Below, one piece after another: positions 10,014-20,245 of a stretch of 64,000 nt of DNA. The notes under the pieces were generated by a model, which saw only the letters and a program-made list of their open reading frames with translations, was not told the DNA's origin and searched no databases. The first letter of the stretch is position 1. Every line of letters starts with the position of its first letter. Source of the stretch: Kiritimatiellia bacterium (lineage in GTDB: Bacteria > Verrucomicrobiota > Kiritimatiellia > RFP12 > UBA1067); the NCBI GenBank assembly GCA_050949565.1, contig JBMNFY010000006.1, positions 64,001-128,000 of the forward strand, in the 5' to 3' direction. Made by a program: the position numbers and the translations under genes.

Positions 10014-11132
10014 ATGAAAAAAACGTACATCCACCTGCTGAAAGGCTGGCCTGGGTTGCGCTGGGATGCCGCCGCTTTGGCGGAGCCTCTCGCCGCTGTC
10101 CGTTTTGAGCAAGGCCGGCTGTTGGGGCGGATGGCCACATTGGGCTTCCCGCTGGATGGCGAGGCCGAATTGACCGTGCTGACTGAGGAACTGGTTCGTT
10201 CATCAGCCATTGAAGGTGAACGGCTGGATGATCGTCAGGTACGCTCTTCGCTGGCCCGTCGTCTGGGACTCGATACCGGCAGCATCGTGCCTTCCACTGA
10301 CAGGATCGACGGCCTCGCCGAATTGATGTTGGATGCCACGCGCAATTTCATGAAGCCGCTCACGACCGAACGGCTTTTCGGTTGGCATGCCGCATTGTTC
10401 CCGACAGGCCGCAACGCATTCGGGCGCATCACGGTCGGAGCGTGGCGTAAACCCGGCACCGCGCCCATGCGGGTGGTTTCCGGGCCGATGGGGCGGGAGA
10501 CCGTGCATTTCGAAGCCCCCGACGCACGGCGTGTCCCTCAAGAAATGCGTGCCTTCTTGACGTGGTTCGATGCGTCCCCCGTCACCGATCCCATCCTGCA
10601 CGCGGGGCTGGCGCACTTCCGCTTTGTCACGATCCATCCGTTCGACGACGGCAATGGGCGTCTCGCGCGCGCAGTCGCAGAGATGGCGCTGGCCCGTTCC
10701 GACGGCAGTCCGCAGCGCTTCTACAGCATGTCCGCGCAGATCGAAACCGAACGGCGCGACTACTACGACATGCTGGAAAAAAGCCAGCGCGGCGGGCTGG
10801 ACGTTACCCCGTGGCTGCGGTGGTTCATCGGGTGTTTGGCGCGGGCACTGGATCGTGCCGAAACCACCCTCGCCACCGTGCTGCACAAGGCGCGTCTCAT
10901 GGAGATCCTTAACGCTCTGCCTGCCAATCCGCGTCAGCGTAAGGCCGTCAGCCGCCTGCTTGACGGCTTCGAAGGTCCCTTCACCGCCTCCAAATACGCG
11001 AAGATGAACGCCTGCGCCACCGATACCGCCTTGCGCGACATCAACGCGCTCATCGCCTGCGGCGTTCTCGTTCGCGGCCCGTCCGGCGGGCGCAGCACCG
11101 AGTATCGATTGGTGAACGAGGTCATGCACTAA
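10014..11132 (+). CDS. Fic family protein (DUF4172 + Fic + C-terminal HTH)
   Basis: Canonical HPFDDGNGRLAR; SSAIEGE inhibitory motif; C-terminal TALRDI...GGRSTEY. Confidence 0.95.
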   Translation: MKKTYIHLLKGWPGLRWDAAALAEPLAAVRFEQGRLLGRMATLGFPLDGEAELTVLTEELVRSSAIEGERLDDRQVRSSLARRLGLDTGSIVPSTDRIDGLAELMLDATRNFMKPLTTERLFGWHAALFPTGRNAFGRITVGAWRKPGTAPMRVVSGPMGRETVHFEAPDARRVPQEMRAFLTWFDASPVTDPILHAGLAHFRFVTIHPFDDGNGRLARAVAEMALARSDGSPQRFYSMSAQIETERRDYYDMLEKSQRGGLDVTPWLRWFIGCLARALDRAETTLATVLHKARLMEILNALPANPRQRKAVSRLLDGFEGPFTASKYAKMNACATDTALRDINALIACGVLVRGPSGGRSTEYRLVNEVMH

Positions 11133-11276
11133 CGAACTTCTCCTTGCCGATATCTCGGCTGCATGCCAAACTAGGCTCTGCTTTTAATACCGGAGGAGTC
11201 GTGCGTCCGTTGACCGTTGATAGACGGGAGAAGACGGCGGCGGCCGGTTGGTGAAATCACAGGAAGGATCGATGTC

Positions 11277-14180
11277 ATGACTCGAAGGGTGTTGCGCTGT
11301 TTTGCGGCATGGATGGGGATCGTGTTGGTGGTTGGGGCGCAGACGTTGCGACCGCCGTCCGTGCCGCTGGTGACGGTGGACCCGTTCTTTTCGGTCTGGT
11401 CGCCGGCGAATAAGCTGACCGACGCGCCGACGGAGCACTGGTCGGGTGCGCGACAGCCGATCAATGCTGTGTTGCGTGTGGACGGCAAGGCGTATCGTCT
11501 TTTGGGCACCGAACCTGCTGACGCGCCTGCGTTGCCGCAGACCGGTGTCACGGTCTGGCCGCTGCGTACGGTCGCTACCTTTTCGGATGGCGCGGTCGAT
11601 GCGGAACTGGTGTTCGCCACGCCGCTGCTGACGGATAACCTGGATGTCTTTTCGCGTCCGGTCACGTATGTCACGCTCAAGGCGAAGGCGCGTGACGGAC
11701 AGCCGCGCGCGTTTCAGTTCGAGGTCGATGTGGCCGCCGCCATCGCGGTGGGCGACGACACCCAGCGTGTCGTCTTTGGCGAGGCGCAGATTGACGGGCT
11801 CGATGCCCGGAGCATGGGGCGCGACACCCAGCCGGTGCTGGGGCGTTCGGGCGACCGCATCCGGATCGACTGGGGTTACTTCTGGCTCGCCGCGCCTGCG
11901 GGCGGGCGCATCGCTGCACGCGAAACGCATCCGGCGCTGGTGTTCACGCGTGACTTCGGTGCGACGGCGACAGCCGAGACCCATCTGCTGCTGGCGTATG
12001 ACGATGTCGATTCGGTGATGTTCTTCAACCGTCCGCTCAAAGCGTGGTGGCGGCGGCACGGGCTGGCGTTCACTGAAATGCTGGCGGCGGCGGAACGCGA
12101 CTACGCGGCGCTTGACACGCGCATGGCGGCCTTCGATGCGGAACTGATGGCCGATCTCACGCGCATCGGCGGCGAGAAGTATGCCGCCCTGGCGGCACTG
12201 GCTTATCGCCAGTCGTTCGCCGCCTGCAAGCTGGTTGCCGATCCGAACGGCCAGCCGCTCTACTTTTCAAAGGAGAACGCCAGCAACGGCTGCATGGGGA
12301 CGGTTGATGTTTTCTATCCGCAACTGCCGCACCTTGCATTGCTGAGCCCCACGCTGGTGCGCGCCACGCTTGCCCCGATCCTGCTCTACGCCTCGGACGC
12401 GCGCTGGCCGTTTGACTTCGCGCCGCACGATATCGGTCAATATCCGCTGGGCAACGGCCAGCGTTACGGTGGCGGCGAGCAGAGCGAGAAGAATCAGATG
12501 CCGGTCGAAGAGTGCGGCAACATGCTGATCTGCCTTGGCGTGCTCTCGCACCTTGAGAACAGTGCCGCCTTTGCCGCGCAATGGTGGCCGACCGTCACGC
12601 GCTGGGCCGAGTATCTGGCGGCCAAGGGATTTGATCCCGACAACCAGCTTTGCACTGATGATTTCGCCGGGCATTTGGCGCATAACGCCAACCTCTCGAT
12701 CAAAGCGATCATGGGGCTGGCGTGTTATGGCAAGATGGCGGCGCTCAACGGGGACACCGCCACGGCTGAGCGTTTCACGGAACTGACCAAGACGATGGTG
12801 CCGAAGTGGATCAAGGCGGCTGGAGGGGGCCGTGGCGGCGCGTACCGGCTGGCCTTTGATCAGCCGGACACCTGGTCGATGAAGTACAATCTGGTCTGGG
12901 ACCGACTGCTGGGCTTCAATCTGTTTCCGGCGGAAGTGGCGCAGACCGAAACGGCTTTCTACCGCACGGCGCTGCAGAAGTATGGTTTGCCGCTCGATAG
13001 CCGCAAGCTCTGGACCAAGGCCGACTGGCAGGTCTGGGCCGCGATGCTGACCGGTCGGCGGGAGGATTTCGATGCGCTGATCGCGCCGCTCTATGCTTTT
13101 CTGAACGAAACGCCGGATCGCGTTCCGTTCAGCGACTGGTACCAGACGGACAGTGCCAAGCACTGCCATTTCCGCGCGCGTTCGGTGGTGGGCGGTGTCT
13201 TCATGCCCGTGTTGCATGATGCGGCGCTCTGGCAGAAATACGCCGCGCGTGCCACAGGGACGACGGGGCTTTATGCGCCGCTCGCGCCGAAGGCGGTAGC
13301 GCAGACAGAGCCGTTCCGTATTGCGACGTTCAACATCCGGCTGGCCGGCGCCAGCGTGGAGAGACCGGCGGACAGGCCGCCGAACTCTTGGACTTGCCGT
13401 GTGGACCGCGTGTGCGCGCTGATCACCAAGCGAGGGTTTGATCTGGTCGGTTTGCAGGAAGCGCAGGCCAATCAGATCGACGATATGTTGGCCCGTTTGG
13501 GTGCGCCGTGGACGTACGTCGGAGTCGGTCGCGATGATGGCAAACGGCGCGGAGAGTTTTCGTGCATCTTCTACAAAAAGAACCGCTTCGAAGTAAGAAA
13601 GAGCGGTACCTTTTGGCTCTCCGAGACGCCCGAGGCGCCCGGATCAAGATCGTGGAAGACGGCTTGTCCGCGCGTCTGCACGTGGGCCGACATGAAGGAT
13701 CTGAAAACCGGCAAGACCTTTGTGGCCTTCAACACCCATCTCGACCATGTCAGCAAGGATGCGCGGCGTAACGGCATGAAGCTGATTCTAGAGCGCATGG
13801 CGCGCTATGCGCAGGGCAGGCCGGTGTTCTTGACCGGTGATATGAATGCGACACCTGAAAAGCGTCCCGTCGACGTGGCGGCCGTGCAGGCGGACTTCAA
13901 TCGCGCCGGGCCGAAAGATCCGCATGCGGCGGGCGGACCTTACGCAATCGCCACCGCCAACCTGCGCGACAGCTTTGACATCTCCCGGACGCCTCATACC
14001 GGGCCGGTGAAGACGTTCTCCGGCTTCAAATACGTTGAGCGTCCGGAAGGCCAGCCGATCGACTACATCTTCGTTTCGGCCGGCATCCACGTTCTTTCCC
14101 ATGCCACGCTTGACGACTCAGAGAACCAGCTTTATCCATCCGATCACTTCCCGGTGGTTGCGGATGTGATGATCGAGTGA
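11277..14180 (+). CDS. Secreted GtaA-like (DUF4964/DUF5127/DUF4965/DUF1793) protein fused to a C-terminal endonuclease/exonuclease/phosphatase domain
   Basis: LRPPSVPLVTVDPFFSVWS, SKENASNGCMGTVDV, MPVEECGNM, QLCTDDFAG, SMKYNLVWD; then TFNIR, GLQE, NTHLDH, GDMN, IDYIF, SDHFPV. Confidence 0.85.
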   Translation: MTRRVLRCFAAWMGIVLVVGAQTLRPPSVPLVTVDPFFSVWSPANKLTDAPTEHWSGARQPINAVLRVDGKAYRLLGTEPADAPALPQTGVTVWPLRTVATFSDGAVDAELVFATPLLTDNLDVFSRPVTYVTLKAKARDGQPRAFQFEVDVAAAIAVGDDTQRVVFGEAQIDGLDARSMGRDTQPVLGRSGDRIRIDWGYFWLAAPAGGRIAARETHPALVFTRDFGATATAETHLLLAYDDVDSVMFFNRPLKAWWRRHGLAFTEMLAAAERDYAALDTRMAAFDAELMADLTRIGGEKYAALAALAYRQSFAACKLVADPNGQPLYFSKENASNGCMGTVDVFYPQLPHLALLSPTLVRATLAPILLYASDARWPFDFAPHDIGQYPLGNGQRYGGGEQSEKNQMPVEECGNMLICLGVLSHLENSAAFAAQWWPTVTRWAEYLAAKGFDPDNQLCTDDFAGHLAHNANLSIKAIMGLACYGKMAALNGDTATAERFTELTKTMVPKWIKAAGGGRGGAYRLAFDQPDTWSMKYNLVWDRLLGFNLFPAEVAQTETAFYRTALQKYGLPLDSRKLWTKADWQVWAAMLTGRREDFDALIAPLYAFLNETPDRVPFSDWYQTDSAKHCHFRARSVVGGVFMPVLHDAALWQKYAARATGTTGLYAPLAPKAVAQTEPFRIATFNIRLAGASVERPADRPPNSWTCRVDRVCALITKRGFDLVGLQEAQANQIDDMLARLGAPWTYVGVGRDDGKRRGEFSCIFYKKNRFEVRKSGTFWLSETPEAPGSRSWKTACPRVCTWADMKDLKTGKTFVAFNTHLDHVSKDARRNGMKLILERMARYAQGRPVFLTGDMNATPEKRPVDVAAVQADFNRAGPKDPHAAGGPYAIATANLRDSFDISRTPHTGPVKTFSGFKYVERPEGQPIDYIFVSAGIHVLSHATLDDSENQLYPSDHFPVVADVMIE

Positions 14181-14196
14181 GGGCGGTGCGCAGATT

Positions 14197-14225
14197 TGAC
14201 GGAGCCAGAGGCTAAGCGTATACTG
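14197..14225 (+). promoter_or_regulatory. Sigma70-type promoter for the kinase-pyrK-pyrD unit
   Basis: TTGACG-17 nt-TATACT. Confidence 0.65.
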
Positions 14226-14290
14226 TTAAGGGTACGGTTCGTTCGCCTTAGCACCCGCTGGTTCGGTGCTGATGGCCGTGCGGCCTAGGA

Positions 14291-17281
14291 GTGTGTGTGC
14301 AGCAGGATAATACAGCCAGAATTCAGATTCCGCCGACCGAACGGCTCACGTCGGTTCCGTCCGAGGGACCGCCGACCGAGCGGATTGTTCCGGTGTCACC
14401 TCAGGAACCACCGACGGTGCGGATCGGGACGACGGGCGCCGAGCCGAAGTTCGAGGAGCCGCGCAACGACCAGTTGTTCGATCAATACACGATTTGCAGC
14501 AGGATCGGCAACGGCGGCATGGGTGTGGTTTATCTTGCCCGCGACCGCCGTCTGGGACGCTTTGTAGCGATCAAGCGCCTCAACAGCCAGGCTCAGGCCA
14601 TCCCCACGCTGCGCCAACGTTTCCTGCACGAGGCGCGGGCGGTCGCCACGCTCAGCCATGTGCATATCGTGCATATTTATGCTTTGGGCGAGGACGACGA
14701 CGGTCCGTTCATCGTTATGGAGTATGTGGCCGGCCCGGATCAGACCGATGTTCAGAAAGAGATCGGCGCGGGTGGACTGGTGCAGCCGAATCCGCCCCTG
14801 ACGCTTGAGCAGTATGTGTCGCGGCACGGCCAGCTTTCGTCTGACGAGGCGGTCGAGATCATGTTGAAGATCGGACGCGCCGTTGCCTATGCCCACGCCA
14901 ACGGCGTGATCCACCGTGATCTCAAGCCGAGCAATGTATTGCTGGACAAGAGCAGCGAACCCAAGATTGTGGATTTTGGTCTGGCGCGCCTGATGCACAA
15001 GGAGGAGGTCAAGCTCACCGTGCCGGGCGAGAAGCTGCTGTCGCTGGGGTACGGTGCGCCGGAGCAGGAGTCTGACGCCAGCCTCTCGGATGAGCGTGCC
15101 GACGTCTATGGTTTGGGAGCGCTGCTCTATTTCGTGATTACCGGCCAGAATCCGCGTTATTTCCGCGAGCAAGATGTTCCGGTGCCGCTGCGCGAAGTGG
15201 TGGTCAAGGCATTGGCCACGGATCGCGAGCAGCGCTGGCAGTCGGCCGCCGCTTTCAACGAAGCGTTGCACCAAATCCAGACCAAGACGCGTGTCGAGAC
15301 CCCCACGGTCAAGACCACCTGGCGCTGCAAATGGTGCGATGCCGTCAATCCGCTCACGATCAAATTTTGCGCGGAGTGCGGTTGGGACGGTTCGGAAAGC
15401 TGTCCAGAATGCGACGCCGAGACCTTTGTTGGCGTGCAATACTGCGGAAACTGCGGGGCGGATGCGCGCGCGTACGAAACGCTTCTGCACCACCTCAACA
15501 AGATGCGTGAGGCGGACGAGCAGAAGCGCTTTGAACGGGTGGTTTCCATGGCGGGCCGCGTACACGGTTTTGAGCCGGCCGGTCCTTCGGGACGTGAGCT
15601 TCTCGCCGAAGTGGGTCGTCTGCGCGACCGGGCCGAGAAGAATATCCGCAGGCGCGAGCAGTTGAAGGAACATGTGCCGATGGAGTTGCGCGCCGAGAAC
15701 TTCGAGCGTGCCGCTGCCTTCATCGATCAATACCGCGAGCTTTCGGAAGACAAGCACGCCTTTGAGGAGGAACTGCGGCAACTTCCCGAGTTGATGCTCA
15801 AGCGTGATCTGTTGCGCGCCCGCAAAGCGATCAAAAATCGCGATTGGTCGGTCGCGTCGCGGATCTGTGGCGATCTGCTACGTGAAGTCGCGCCCGATCA
15901 TCCGGAGGTGTTGATCATTCGACGCGCGATCCGCCGCCACAATCTTTTGTCTGATATCCGCACCGTTACGTTCACCGTCGTTGGCATCGTGATGCTCTAC
16001 CTGTTGGCCCTGCCGGTCGCGGTGCGCGCCGCCAAGGGCGTCTTCGGTCGCGGTGCGCGCGCCGTTTTCCGTCCGGGGCTCTGGGCTTACGAAAGCAGTG
16101 TTCTTGCGCCGTCGCTGCAGCGTTACGCGCAACTCTGGTCGGTCGAACCGCCAGCGTTGGCCGCAGCCTTTGTCGTAAGTGCGCCACCGGCCCCCCCGCC
16201 GGTCGTGGAGCAGCCCATCCCGGAGGCGCTGAAAGCCAAACAAGCGGATTATGCGCGGCAGCTTGCTGAAATCGAGAATACGCAGACCGTGTTCCAGCGC
16301 GCGTGGCCGGCCGAGTATCTGCGCGAACTGGATCTGCTCATGGAGCGTCGGCGCATGGCGGGTGACTTTGAAGGGTGGGCGGTGGCGCAACGGGAGTACA
16401 AGCGGTTCGACGAGTCACGCTACATAGACGACCGCTCCGACAATGAGCTCTACGAACTGACATTGCTCAAGGAAAAATACCGCCAGATGCTGTCGGACCA
16501 GAAGTTGTTGCACAGCCGCAAGCTGGTTTCGCTCTGCAAACGCTATGTCAATGAGTTGACCGACATGCAGACGGCCTATACGCAGCAGGATCAAATGGAT
16601 CTCGCGTCAGCCGTGAACACGGAGATCCGGCGCGCGCGCAGCGCGCCGGAACACCTCTCCGCTGAAGCGGTGGTGGCGGCGGCCTCCGCCGGCGGCTCGG
16701 ATGCCGAGACGCCTTCGCAGGTGCTGCTGGCTGCCACGATGGAGAACCGCGTGCAGGAACTCGCGAACATGCGCGCGGACTTCGAGACCGCCCTGCTCAA
16801 GGTGGAGCGGACGTCCGCGCAAAAATTGGCTGAGTGGCCGGAGAAGTATGTCGCGGCGCTTGCCGAGTTGATGGATACCTTCCAGCGTGCAGGCGACTAC
16901 GGCGGATGGGAGAGCGTACGCACCGAGACCATGCGTTTTGAAGCTGACCGTGCGATTACGCCGCGCCATGTGGTGTTGCAACCGGCAAGCCTTGCCGAGT
17001 TGCAGAAAAAATACATGTTGGTGAACGAGGATTTGCGCCGCAACCGTGCCGAGGGTGTGGTCGATACCACATTGAAGCACATCAAGAAGTTGGAGGGGTT
17101 GCAGAAGAAGCTGACGCAGGAGGGGCAGATGGAGACTGCTGCGATCGTCAACGCGGAGATCAAGCGTGTGAATGCGCGTGCGGACTTCATGAGCGCCCAG
17201 AACGAAATCGCACCCCAAGGACCGCCCCTGCCGCCGACTCTGCAAGAAGTGCTGGCCCCGGATGCAGGCGCGCAACAGTGA
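14291..17281 (+). CDS. Membrane Ser/Thr protein kinase with double zinc ribbon and repeated helical C-terminal module
   Basis: IGNGGMGVVY, VAIK, HRDLKPSN, DFG, APE; four CxxC pairs; hydrophobic segment VTFTVVGIVMLYLLALPVAV. Confidence 0.9.
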   Translation: MCVQQDNTARIQIPPTERLTSVPSEGPPTERIVPVSPQEPPTVRIGTTGAEPKFEEPRNDQLFDQYTICSRIGNGGMGVVYLARDRRLGRFVAIKRLNSQAQAIPTLRQRFLHEARAVATLSHVHIVHIYALGEDDDGPFIVMEYVAGPDQTDVQKEIGAGGLVQPNPPLTLEQYVSRHGQLSSDEAVEIMLKIGRAVAYAHANGVIHRDLKPSNVLLDKSSEPKIVDFGLARLMHKEEVKLTVPGEKLLSLGYGAPEQESDASLSDERADVYGLGALLYFVITGQNPRYFREQDVPVPLREVVVKALATDREQRWQSAAAFNEALHQIQTKTRVETPTVKTTWRCKWCDAVNPLTIKFCAECGWDGSESCPECDAETFVGVQYCGNCGADARAYETLLHHLNKMREADEQKRFERVVSMAGRVHGFEPAGPSGRELLAEVGRLRDRAEKNIRRREQLKEHVPMELRAENFERAAAFIDQYRELSEDKHAFEEELRQLPELMLKRDLLRARKAIKNRDWSVASRICGDLLREVAPDHPEVLIIRRAIRRHNLLSDIRTVTFTVVGIVMLYLLALPVAVRAAKGVFGRGARAVFRPGLWAYESSVLAPSLQRYAQLWSVEPPALAAAFVVSAPPAPPPVVEQPIPEALKAKQADYARQLAEIENTQTVFQRAWPAEYLRELDLLMERRRMAGDFEGWAVAQREYKRFDESRYIDDRSDNELYELTLLKEKYRQMLSDQKLLHSRKLVSLCKRYVNELTDMQTAYTQQDQMDLASAVNTEIRRARSAPEHLSAEAVVAAASAGGSDAETPSQVLLAATMENRVQELANMRADFETALLKVERTSAQKLAEWPEKYVAALAELMDTFQRAGDYGGWESVRTETMRFEADRAITPRHVVLQPASLAELQKKYMLVNEDLRRNRAEGVVDTTLKHIKKLEGLQKKLTQEGQMETAAIVNAEIKRVNARADFMSAQNEIAPQGPPLPPTLQEVLAPDAGAQQ

Positions 17282-17295
17282 GACGGAGCGCTTCA

Positions 17296-18078
17296 ATGAT
17301 GAAGGATGTGACATGCCGTGTGATAGGCCAGACACCGCTGACGGCGGGCTACTGGGCGTTGGATATGGAGGCGCCGGGGCTGGCCGAAGCCGCGCAGCCC
17401 GGCCAGTTTGTGCATGTGCGCGTGCCCGGACTGGAGCCGATTGCGTTGCGCCGTCCGTTTAGCATCTTCGGCACTGAGGGCACGACTCTCAAGTTGCTCT
17501 ACAAGACGGTTGGCCGCGGCACCTCCCAGATGAACCGGTTGGTCCCCGGCGATCCCGTGCAGGTGATCGGTCCGCTCGGCAATGGTTTTCCGCTTGAGCC
17601 GCGGGGCGAGCCGTTGCTGGTGGCCGGCGGATACGGGGTCGCGCCGCTCGCCTTTCTGGCCGGGCGCTTGCCGACCAAGGGCGTGGTGCTGATTGGTGGA
17701 CGCTCTGCCGATGATGTGTTGGCGGTGACCGCTTTTGAGCGGTTGGGCTGGACCGTGCGCGTGGCGACCGAGGACGGCTCGTTGGGCGAAACCGGTCTGG
17801 TCACGGTGCCGCTGGACCGCGAATTGGCGCGGTTGCATGAGGCGGGGGCGACGCCCGAGTTGTTTTCTTGCGGTCCGGACGGCCTGTTGCGGGCAGTCGG
17901 CGAACGCGCCATCCAAGCGGGGTGCCGCGGCTGGTTGTCGTTGGACAAGCACATGGTGTGCGGGGTCGGTGCCTGCTTGGCCTGTGTGCAACGGCTGCGG
18001 CGTGAGGATGGTACGGAGTGGATCGGACGCGTCTGCCGCGACGGCCCGGTTTTCGAGGCGCGTGAAATCGTGTGGTGA
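17296..18078 (+). CDS. pyrK: Dihydroorotate dehydrogenase electron transfer subunit
   Basis: PGQF, LRRPFS, GPLGNGF, GGYGVAP, CGVGACLAC...CRDGPVF [2Fe-2S] motif; adjacent to pyrD. Confidence 0.93.
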   Translation: MMKDVTCRVIGQTPLTAGYWALDMEAPGLAEAAQPGQFVHVRVPGLEPIALRRPFSIFGTEGTTLKLLYKTVGRGTSQMNRLVPGDPVQVIGPLGNGFPLEPRGEPLLVAGGYGVAPLAFLAGRLPTKGVVLIGGRSADDVLAVTAFERLGWTVRVATEDGSLGETGLVTVPLDRELARLHEAGATPELFSCGPDGLLRAVGERAIQAGCRGWLSLDKHMVCGVGACLACVQRLRREDGTEWIGRVCRDGPVFEAREIVW

Positions 18079-18083
18079 AGAGC

Positions 18084-18998
18084 ATGAGCGACTTGGATAT
18101 GCGTGTCGATTTGGGCGGCATTCGGATGAAGAATCCGGTGACTGTCGCCTCTGGCACTTTCGGATATGGCGCGGAGTACGCCAAACTGGTTGATGTGACG
18201 CGTCTGGGTGCGATCACGGTCAAGGGGATCCGCTTGCAGCCGTGGCCCGGCAACCCGCTGCCACGGCATGTCGAGGTGCCGGGCGGCATGGTCAACGCCA
18301 TCGGGCTACAAGGCCCCGGCGTGGAGGGCTTCGCCCGCGATTACATGCCATTTCTGCGCACCACCGGTGTGCCGGTGATCGTCAACATCTGGGGCACCAG
18401 TGAAGAGGAGTATGCTGAGGTCGCCCGCCGCCTGAGCGAGGTGGAAGGCGTTTCCGGTTTGGAGTTGAATATCTCCTGCCCGAACGTCAAGGAGGGCGGC
18501 AACGCCTTCGGCACTGATCCGCGGGCCGTGGCGTCGCTCGTCGCGGCCGTGCGCCGTGCCACGCGCTTGCCGCTGATGCCTAAGCTGGCGCCGAACGTGC
18601 CGGACATCAAGCTGTTTGTGCGTGCGGCGCAGGAGGCAGGTGCCGATGCGCTGGCTTTGATCAACACGCTGCCGGCGATGGTGATCGACATCGAGACGCG
18701 GCGTCCGGTTTTGGCGAACAAGGTCGGCGGGCTTTCCGGCCCTGCGATTCATCCTGTCGCGGTCAAGCTGGTGTGGGAGGCCGCTCAAGTGGCCCGTGTG
18801 CCGCTGTTGGCCATGGGCGGGATTGTCGGCCCTGAAGAGGCGATCGAATTCCTGATTGCGGGTGCCTCGGCTGTGGCGGTGGGCACGGCGAATTTCATTG
18901 ACCCGACCACGTCGCTGCGCGTGTTGGAGGGCATCGAGGCGTATCTGCGTCGGCACGGCATGAACGCGGTCGCAGCATTGACCGGTTCGTTGCTATGA
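18084..18998 (+). CDS. pyrD: Dihydroorotate dehydrogenase family 1B catalytic subunit
   Basis: ASGTFG, NAIGL, ELNISCPN, KLAPN, LINT, GGLSG, VGTANF. Confidence 0.95.
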   Translation: MSDLDMRVDLGGIRMKNPVTVASGTFGYGAEYAKLVDVTRLGAITVKGIRLQPWPGNPLPRHVEVPGGMVNAIGLQGPGVEGFARDYMPFLRTTGVPVIVNIWGTSEEEYAEVARRLSEVEGVSGLELNISCPNVKEGGNAFGTDPRAVASLVAAVRRATRLPLMPKLAPNVPDIKLFVRAAQEAGADALALINTLPAMVIDIETRRPVLANKVGGLSGPAIHPVAVKLVWEAAQVARVPLLAMGGIVGPEEAIEFLIAGASAVAVGTANFIDPTTSLRVLEGIEAYLRRHGMNAVAALTGSLL

Positions 18999-19060
18999 CC
19001 AACCCGACCACAAATGTGGAACCATGAAACACATGAAACTTCATGAAAAACAGGGGCAAC

Positions 19061-20224
19061 ATGGAAAAAATCTGGTACTACGCTGAGGCGGGCATGCAGC
19101 AGGGGCCTGTCGATTTCGACGAACTGCGCGCGCGTGCGGCTTCGGGGGCCTTGCAGCCGTATGATTTGGTGTGGCAACCGGCTTTCGGCGACTCGTGGCG
19201 ATCGGCAGGCGAGGTGCCGGGGCTCTTCGTGCCGCAGTTCGTGGAAGCGCCGCCTCCGTCGGATCATACGCCGCTCTCCGATGTTCCGTTGACGGGCCTC
19301 GTTGGCGCGCGGCCTTCTGGTTTCTCTGCGGCCGCGCAGGCATTTGAGCGCATGAGGACGGTGCTCTTCCGAGAGTTCGACACCACACGCTGGTTCAGTA
19401 TCGGTTTCTGTGCGTGGATCGCCTATATCGGCTCGCAGAGTTCAATGCCCGATTTCAGTCAGGCTGGCGGTGCAGCGTCGGCTGAGCCGTTCAAGCAGCA
19501 GATCGACGAGGCGTTACGTTATAGCCTTGAGGTACTGGCCGACCCTCGAAAAATGGCATTCGGCATGTCGATCATGCTGGCGGTCCTGGCGCTGGCACTG
19601 CTTTTTTGTCGCCTGCGCTCGCGCGGAGATTTCATGTTTCTACACCGTTGGTACCGGCCGGACGCGTCGATCAGCCAGTGCTGGTGGGCCTCGCGTGCTT
19701 CAGGGCACGAACTGTTTGTCTGGCGCGTTTACTTCTTCCTGATCTCGGCCCTGCTTTTCATACTTACAATGGTGGCCGGTTACGGCTTTGTGGTGCACCC
19801 GTATGTCGCGGCAGGCTACCAGTGGCATGCGGCGCTGGTCAAACCGGCCGTCGTCTGCGTGACGGTCTCCGCGCTGCTCAGCATTGCGGTGCGGGTGATC
19901 GCACATCTGACCAAGGCTTTTGTCGTACCGGTCATGTATTGGCACGGTGTCTCTGCCGCACGCGCTTGGTTGGCGGTTTTCTCGCTCTTCAATCAACGTC
20001 CTTTCGCCGTATTGGGGTATCTCTGCTGCGGCATACTCTGTTCGCTCTTCGCCGGTTTTGTCCTTCTGGGTATCGGTCTGTTGACCTGCTGCGTCGGCTT
20101 CATCCCGTTGATGTTGCCCTATTTGGGCGCGGTGGCTCTGTTGCCGTACACCTATTTTTTCAGGGGCTACGCTGTTTGTTTCCTCAGCCAGTGGCGGTCT
20201 GATCTTGTGCCGGCCTCTGCGTGA
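19061..20224 (+). CDS. GYF_2 (DUF4339) domain membrane protein
   Basis: WYY...QQGP...LVW...W..AGEVPGL N-terminus followed by several hydrophobic segments. Confidence 0.75.
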   Translation: MEKIWYYAEAGMQQGPVDFDELRARAASGALQPYDLVWQPAFGDSWRSAGEVPGLFVPQFVEAPPPSDHTPLSDVPLTGLVGARPSGFSAAAQAFERMRTVLFREFDTTRWFSIGFCAWIAYIGSQSSMPDFSQAGGAASAEPFKQQIDEALRYSLEVLADPRKMAFGMSIMLAVLALALLFCRLRSRGDFMFLHRWYRPDASISQCWWASRASGHELFVWRVYFFLISALLFILTMVAGYGFVVHPYVAAGYQWHAALVKPAVVCVTVSALLSIAVRVIAHLTKAFVVPVMYWHGVSAARAWLAVFSLFNQRPFAVLGYLCCGILCSLFAGFVLLGIGLLTCCVGFIPLMLPYLGAVALLPYTYFFRGYAVCFLSQWRSDLVPASA

Positions 20225-20245
20225 CGTGAAGAAAGGAGACATTTC

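Noticed and set aside
14249-14273. CIRCE-like palindrome TTAGCACCC-N7-CGGTGCTGA upstream of the kinase
   Set aside because: Spacer is 7 rather than 9 nt, several mismatches to TTAGCACTC-N9-GAGTGCTAA, and the downstream genes are not chaperones
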